From Eledone cirrhosa (Eukaryota), in assembly GCA_964016885.1 (NCBI GenBank), contig OZ024751.1:53630001-53694000 (forward strand): 64,000 nucleotides of DNA, written 5' to 3'. The notes under the pieces are model-generated. The model searched no databases, was not told where the DNA came from, and saw only the letters and a list, made by a program, of their open reading frames with translations. The position numbers and the translations under genes are program-made. Positions 55,862 to 64,000 of this stretch are shown here, in pieces. How positions within the stretch are numbered: position 1 is the first letter of the stretch; every line of letters starts with the position of its first letter.

Positions 55862-56152
55862 CATATATACACATATATATATATATTGGTGTTAGGAAGG
55901 GCATCCAGCTGTAGAAAACCTGCCAGACAGTCCACGCTGTAATGTGGCCGTGTAGGCAACATGGTAAAAACCTCCCAGCCCCACACTGTAAATGTGGTTG
56001 GTGTTAGGAAGGGCATCCAACTGTAGAAAACCCGCCAGACAGTCCTATGCGAGCAAGACAACCACTCTTGCCTCAAGTGGGAAAACTCCCGTCCAAACCC
56101 ATGCAAGCATGGAACACGGACGTTAAACGATGATGATGATGATGATGATAAA

Positions 56153-56186
<34 letters not shown>

Positions 56187-56208
56187 CATACATATATACA
56201 CATATATA

Positions 56209-56244
<36 letters not shown>

Positions 56245-56302
56245 CATATACATACATATATACACTTATATATATATACATACATATATATATATATATA
56301 TA

Positions 56303-56338
<36 letters not shown>

Positions 56339-56513
56339 TACATATATACATATATATATACATACATATATACATATATATATACATACATATATACACA
56401 TATATATATATATACACACATGTAAACATATATATATATATATACACACATGTATACATATGTATATGTATACATATATATATACACACGTATACATATA
56501 TATATATGTATAC

Positions 56514-56544
<31 letters not shown>

Positions 56545-56909
56545 CATGTATATATATATATATATCTATACATATATATATATATACATGTATACATATA
56601 TATATATACATATACATACAAGTATACATATATATATATACATGTATACACATATATATATATATATACATATATACATATATATACATATATATACATA
56701 TATACGTATATATAAAAAATATATATATATATACATATATATATGTATACATATATATATACATATATATATACACATATATGTATACATATATATATAC
56801 ATATATACATATATATATACATATATGCATACATATATATATACATATATACATATATATATACATATATGCATATATATATAGATACATACATGTATAC
56901 ATATTAATT

Positions 56910-56941
<32 letters not shown>

Positions 56942-56982
56942 CATATATATATACATATATATATATATACATATATATATAC

Positions 56983-57053
<71 letters not shown>

Positions 57054-57272
57054 ATAATGAAATAACAGGAGGCTGGATTTGTGTAAATCCTTGAAAGGTT
57101 TATTCAAATCCAGCCTCCTGATATTTCATTATAATATTTAACTCCGTAATAGCACCACCAACTACAAAAACAGAGACGGTTGAACTGCCTTACATTGAGT
57201 ACTCTCTATATTATTGCATTACGATTGACCATACGGAATAGACCAGCTCTATACAGTGGTGAACCTCAAACC

Positions 57273-57317
<45 letters not shown>

Positions 57318-58032
57318 GTGTGTATAATGGTAGCTATGGTGCTTCCATAGGTGGTATGCCAAAATTAGCACTCAATAATCTTACAGAGCAGAGTGTGAAT
57401 AGTATAAAAAATGAAAAATCAGTGATGCATCTGGACTCAGTTTATTGCGTGTTACAAATGTTTCACCGGCAGGTAGCTCGAGACATGATCACTGTATGGG
57501 TCTAGCTGATTCTACGGCCGCAGGTTCTTTTGGAGCAAATTTTCTCACTGGGGTGAGTTATATATATATATACATACATATATACATACATGGTGGCTGC
57601 CAACTCGTTTTCGAGTACGGCCACTACTTTATATCCATGTAGGAGAACTCCTACCGATGCGCTGAACGAGTGTGACATTTTAGTCCAGCCAGCGATTGAA
57701 AACTCAGGTACAAACACTACACTTGTGACAATTATTGACACATAGTGCTGGGCCCATGGTACCATGTGACGACAAGTACAGAGAGATCTCCATACATACA
57801 TACATATATACAAACATACATATATATATATATACATACATATATACATACTGTAAATGTGGTTGGTGTTAGGAAGGGCATTCAGCCGTAGAAAGCCTGC
57901 CAGATAGTCCTATATGAGCGAGACACAGTCACCCGACCAACCTTGCCTCAAGTGGGACAACTCCCGTCTAACCCATGCTAGCGTGGAAAGTGGACGTTAA
58001 ACGAGGATGATGATGTTGATATTCATACTATA

Positions 58033-58064
<32 letters not shown>

Positions 58065-58199
58065 CATACATACATGATGATGGCTGCCCCCTCGTTATCG
58101 AGTATGGCCATTGCACGAGAAAAAATAAAAAATAAAAAAAATAAATAGATACAAACATACATACATACATATATACATATATACATACATACATACATA

Positions 58200-58818
58200 C
58201 ATATATACATACATATATATGGTGGCTGCCAACTCGTTTTCGAGTACGGCCACTACTTTATATCCATGTAGGAGAACCCCTACCGATGCGCTGAACAAGT
58301 GTGACTTTTTAGTCTTGAAAACTCTGGTACCAACACTAGACTTGTGACAATTATTGACACATAGTGCTGGGCCCATGGTACCATGTGATGACAAGTGCAG
58401 AGAGATCTCCAGATATAAAGCAATGGTTGTGCCGTGAAGCTTTTATAGTGAGCAAAGACACTGCACAAAGCCAGTCCCACTCTCTTAACCAAGATGATAT
58501 TTACCAAAAAGAAGAACAAGTCAACATCATTGAATACCATCAGGGTTGCAGGTGTTATATCAGAGTTTTCCTTCGCCTAGAATTCTGCCTTGACAAAGGC
58601 TAACGGGTCATCTCTCCCGGTGATTTTGGATGGCCATTGACTCTTAAGAGCTCCTTTTCCCTATGACAGGTTTTGTTTTTAGTCCTGCAGGATCTCCAAA
58701 GTCACCCTCCTCACCAAGAAACCTTGGTGGGGTTGCCAGTTTAGTCACCAACGACCCAACCATGAGACAGTTTTGTACTGGGATACATGTTACCAGTAGC
58801 ACCAACTGGTGACCTGAC
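58200..58818 (-). mobile_element. Longest copy of the RTE-derived non-autonomous element (putative 5' UTR plus C2H2-like 3' end)
   Basis: Extends the 44836 copy by ~190 bp at the 5' side; bounded by (ATGT)n/(TA)n. Confidence 0.6.
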
Positions 58819-58838
58819 ATATATACATACATATATAC

Positions 58839-61193
<2,355 letters not shown>

Positions 61194-61217
61194 AATATAT
61201 ATATATATATATATATT

Positions 61218-61371
<154 letters not shown>

Positions 61372-61447
61372 GACATATATATATGTACATATATATATAT
61401 ATACATATATATATATATGCATACATATACATATATACATACATATA

Positions 61448-61481
<34 letters not shown>

Positions 61482-61642
61482 GAGATGTATACATATCATC
61501 ATCAACGTTTTACGTTCGTTCTTCCCCAGCATGAGTGCGGGGGTTTCTTTCCGTGGCGCCTACATGACCACTTTACAGTGGGAGGGGGGGGGGGCATATT
61601 GTCTATATGCTTCAGCTTCGGCTTGTTCCTGTGGGGGGTCGG

Positions 61643-61677
<35 letters not shown>

Positions 61678-61854
61678 ACATATAAACACACACATATATA
61701 TATAAACAGACACACACACACATATATATATATATACACATATATACACACACACATATGCACACAAATAAAAGAAATACATGTATACATCTATATAAAT
61801 ATATATATATATATATAAACATACATGTATACATATATATATATACATACATGT

Positions 61855-61901
<47 letters not shown>

Positions 61902-61959
61902 CATACATGTATACATATATATAAATACATATATGTGCGTGTGTGTAAAAATTTTATAG

Positions 61960-62091
61960 GAGGATCAATTAATTATGATTTTATTTAACATATTCCCCTC
62001 TCGGATTTACACACTTATAGCAGCAGTCCTACCTCCTCAGTGAAGGTGACAGCTCAACCCTTCCCAGGGACTTTTTTAGCACTCCCTCATA
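61960..62091 (-). mobile_element. Mariner-like remnant end
   Basis: Reverse complement begins TA-TGAGGGAGTGCTAAAAAAGTCCCTGGG, a mariner-type TIR. Confidence 0.4.
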
Positions 62092-62092
62092 T

Positions 62093-62124
<32 letters not shown>

Positions 62125-62161
62125 AATATATATATATATATTATATATATATATATTATAT

Positions 62162-62742
<581 letters not shown>

Positions 62743-63080
62743 TTGTGTTATTGGGTGTTTCCTAATTTGTCGTCGGTGTTGTAATTATGACACATTAATC
62801 AGTGAAACCATGGTGTAATAAGGTGTGTGTGTGCGCGTGTGTTGCTACGTTCTCTTTTTCATTGAAACACTGCAAGTTGAATAAGTACATACATGAGTGA
62901 TGATACACATATATATTTATACATTCATACATATATATATAATCGTTTGTAATATGTCCAATAAACTCCATTCGTTGCAACACTGATTCTCTTTTTTTCT
63001 GTGATATCATACTCTGCTCTATGAGGGAATCGAGTGCTCAAACGGCCTACCGCATATGGACGCTTTACGCATCCAACACC

Positions 63081-63238
<158 letters not shown>

Positions 63239-63367
63239 AGAACTAATATTAATAACAACTTATTGTAAACATTTGAATTATTAAAAAACATCAATCCCCC
63301 CACCCCCAGTAAAGTCATTCTTGCCCCTTTTTTCAAATTCATTTTATTGTACCAAAGAATTCCCTTC

Positions 63368-63438
<71 letters not shown>

Positions 63439-63585
63439 TATATATATACATATATGTACATATACATATGTATACATATATATCTATACATATATATACA
63501 TATATATACGTACATATATACATATATATACATATATATCTATACATATATACATATATATACATATATATACGTACATATATAC

Positions 63586-63616
<31 letters not shown>

Positions 63617-63644
63617 CATATAAACATATATACATATGTACATG

Positions 63645-63727
<83 letters not shown>

Positions 63728-63732
<5 letters not shown>

Positions 63733-64000
63733 TAACAGATTAAAGTTTAAGCAAAGAATCGCTGCTTTCACCCTTATCGGGATCTTCTGAAACTAACAAA
63801 GTCAATCTGTAAACGCAGAAGTGGATATTTCAAAAAACGTTGCAACCGGAGGAAGACAGTAATAGGAGCGGTGAAAAACAATTACGCGCAAAGACAGAAC
63901 CACGTTTATGGTATAAAAGAGGTCGTAGACCAATGTTCTCTTATGATACGCTTAATTACATAAGTAAGCATTCCAACCATCCTGCCAGCATAACCAAGAA
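63728..64000 (-). mobile_element. Family B element, longest copy (may continue past window end)
   Basis: Matches 1170-1230 and 51920-52032, then continues into unique sequence. Confidence 0.6.

Overview
AT-rich, microsatellite-saturated animal genomic DNA. The SINE families and (TA)n/(ATG)n content suggest a coleoid cephalopod such as Octopus; this is an inference, not checked. Almost all supplied ORFs are translations of simple repeats. One host coding exon is well supported: a minus-strand signal-peptide plus S8 pro-domain exon of a furin/PC-type proprotein convertase (53433-53849), so much of the window to its left is probably intron. The rest is mobile DNA: a 5'-truncated but nearly uninterrupted L1/Tx1 LINE, decayed RTE, R4/Dong and CR1 LINE pieces, two tRNA-derived SINE families, several MITEs, and a Penelope-like (GIY-YIG) remnant with inverted termini. 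The main unannotated signal is a set of short elements sitting inside (TA)n tracts. At least six of them carry complete type-I hammerhead-ribozyme folds (CUGANGA...GAAA, covarying stem II, tiny near-palindromic stem III), and about a dozen are arranged as fold-back inverted duplications. This is consistent with a diverse population of Penelope-derived, ribozyme-bearing, TA-targeting retroelements.
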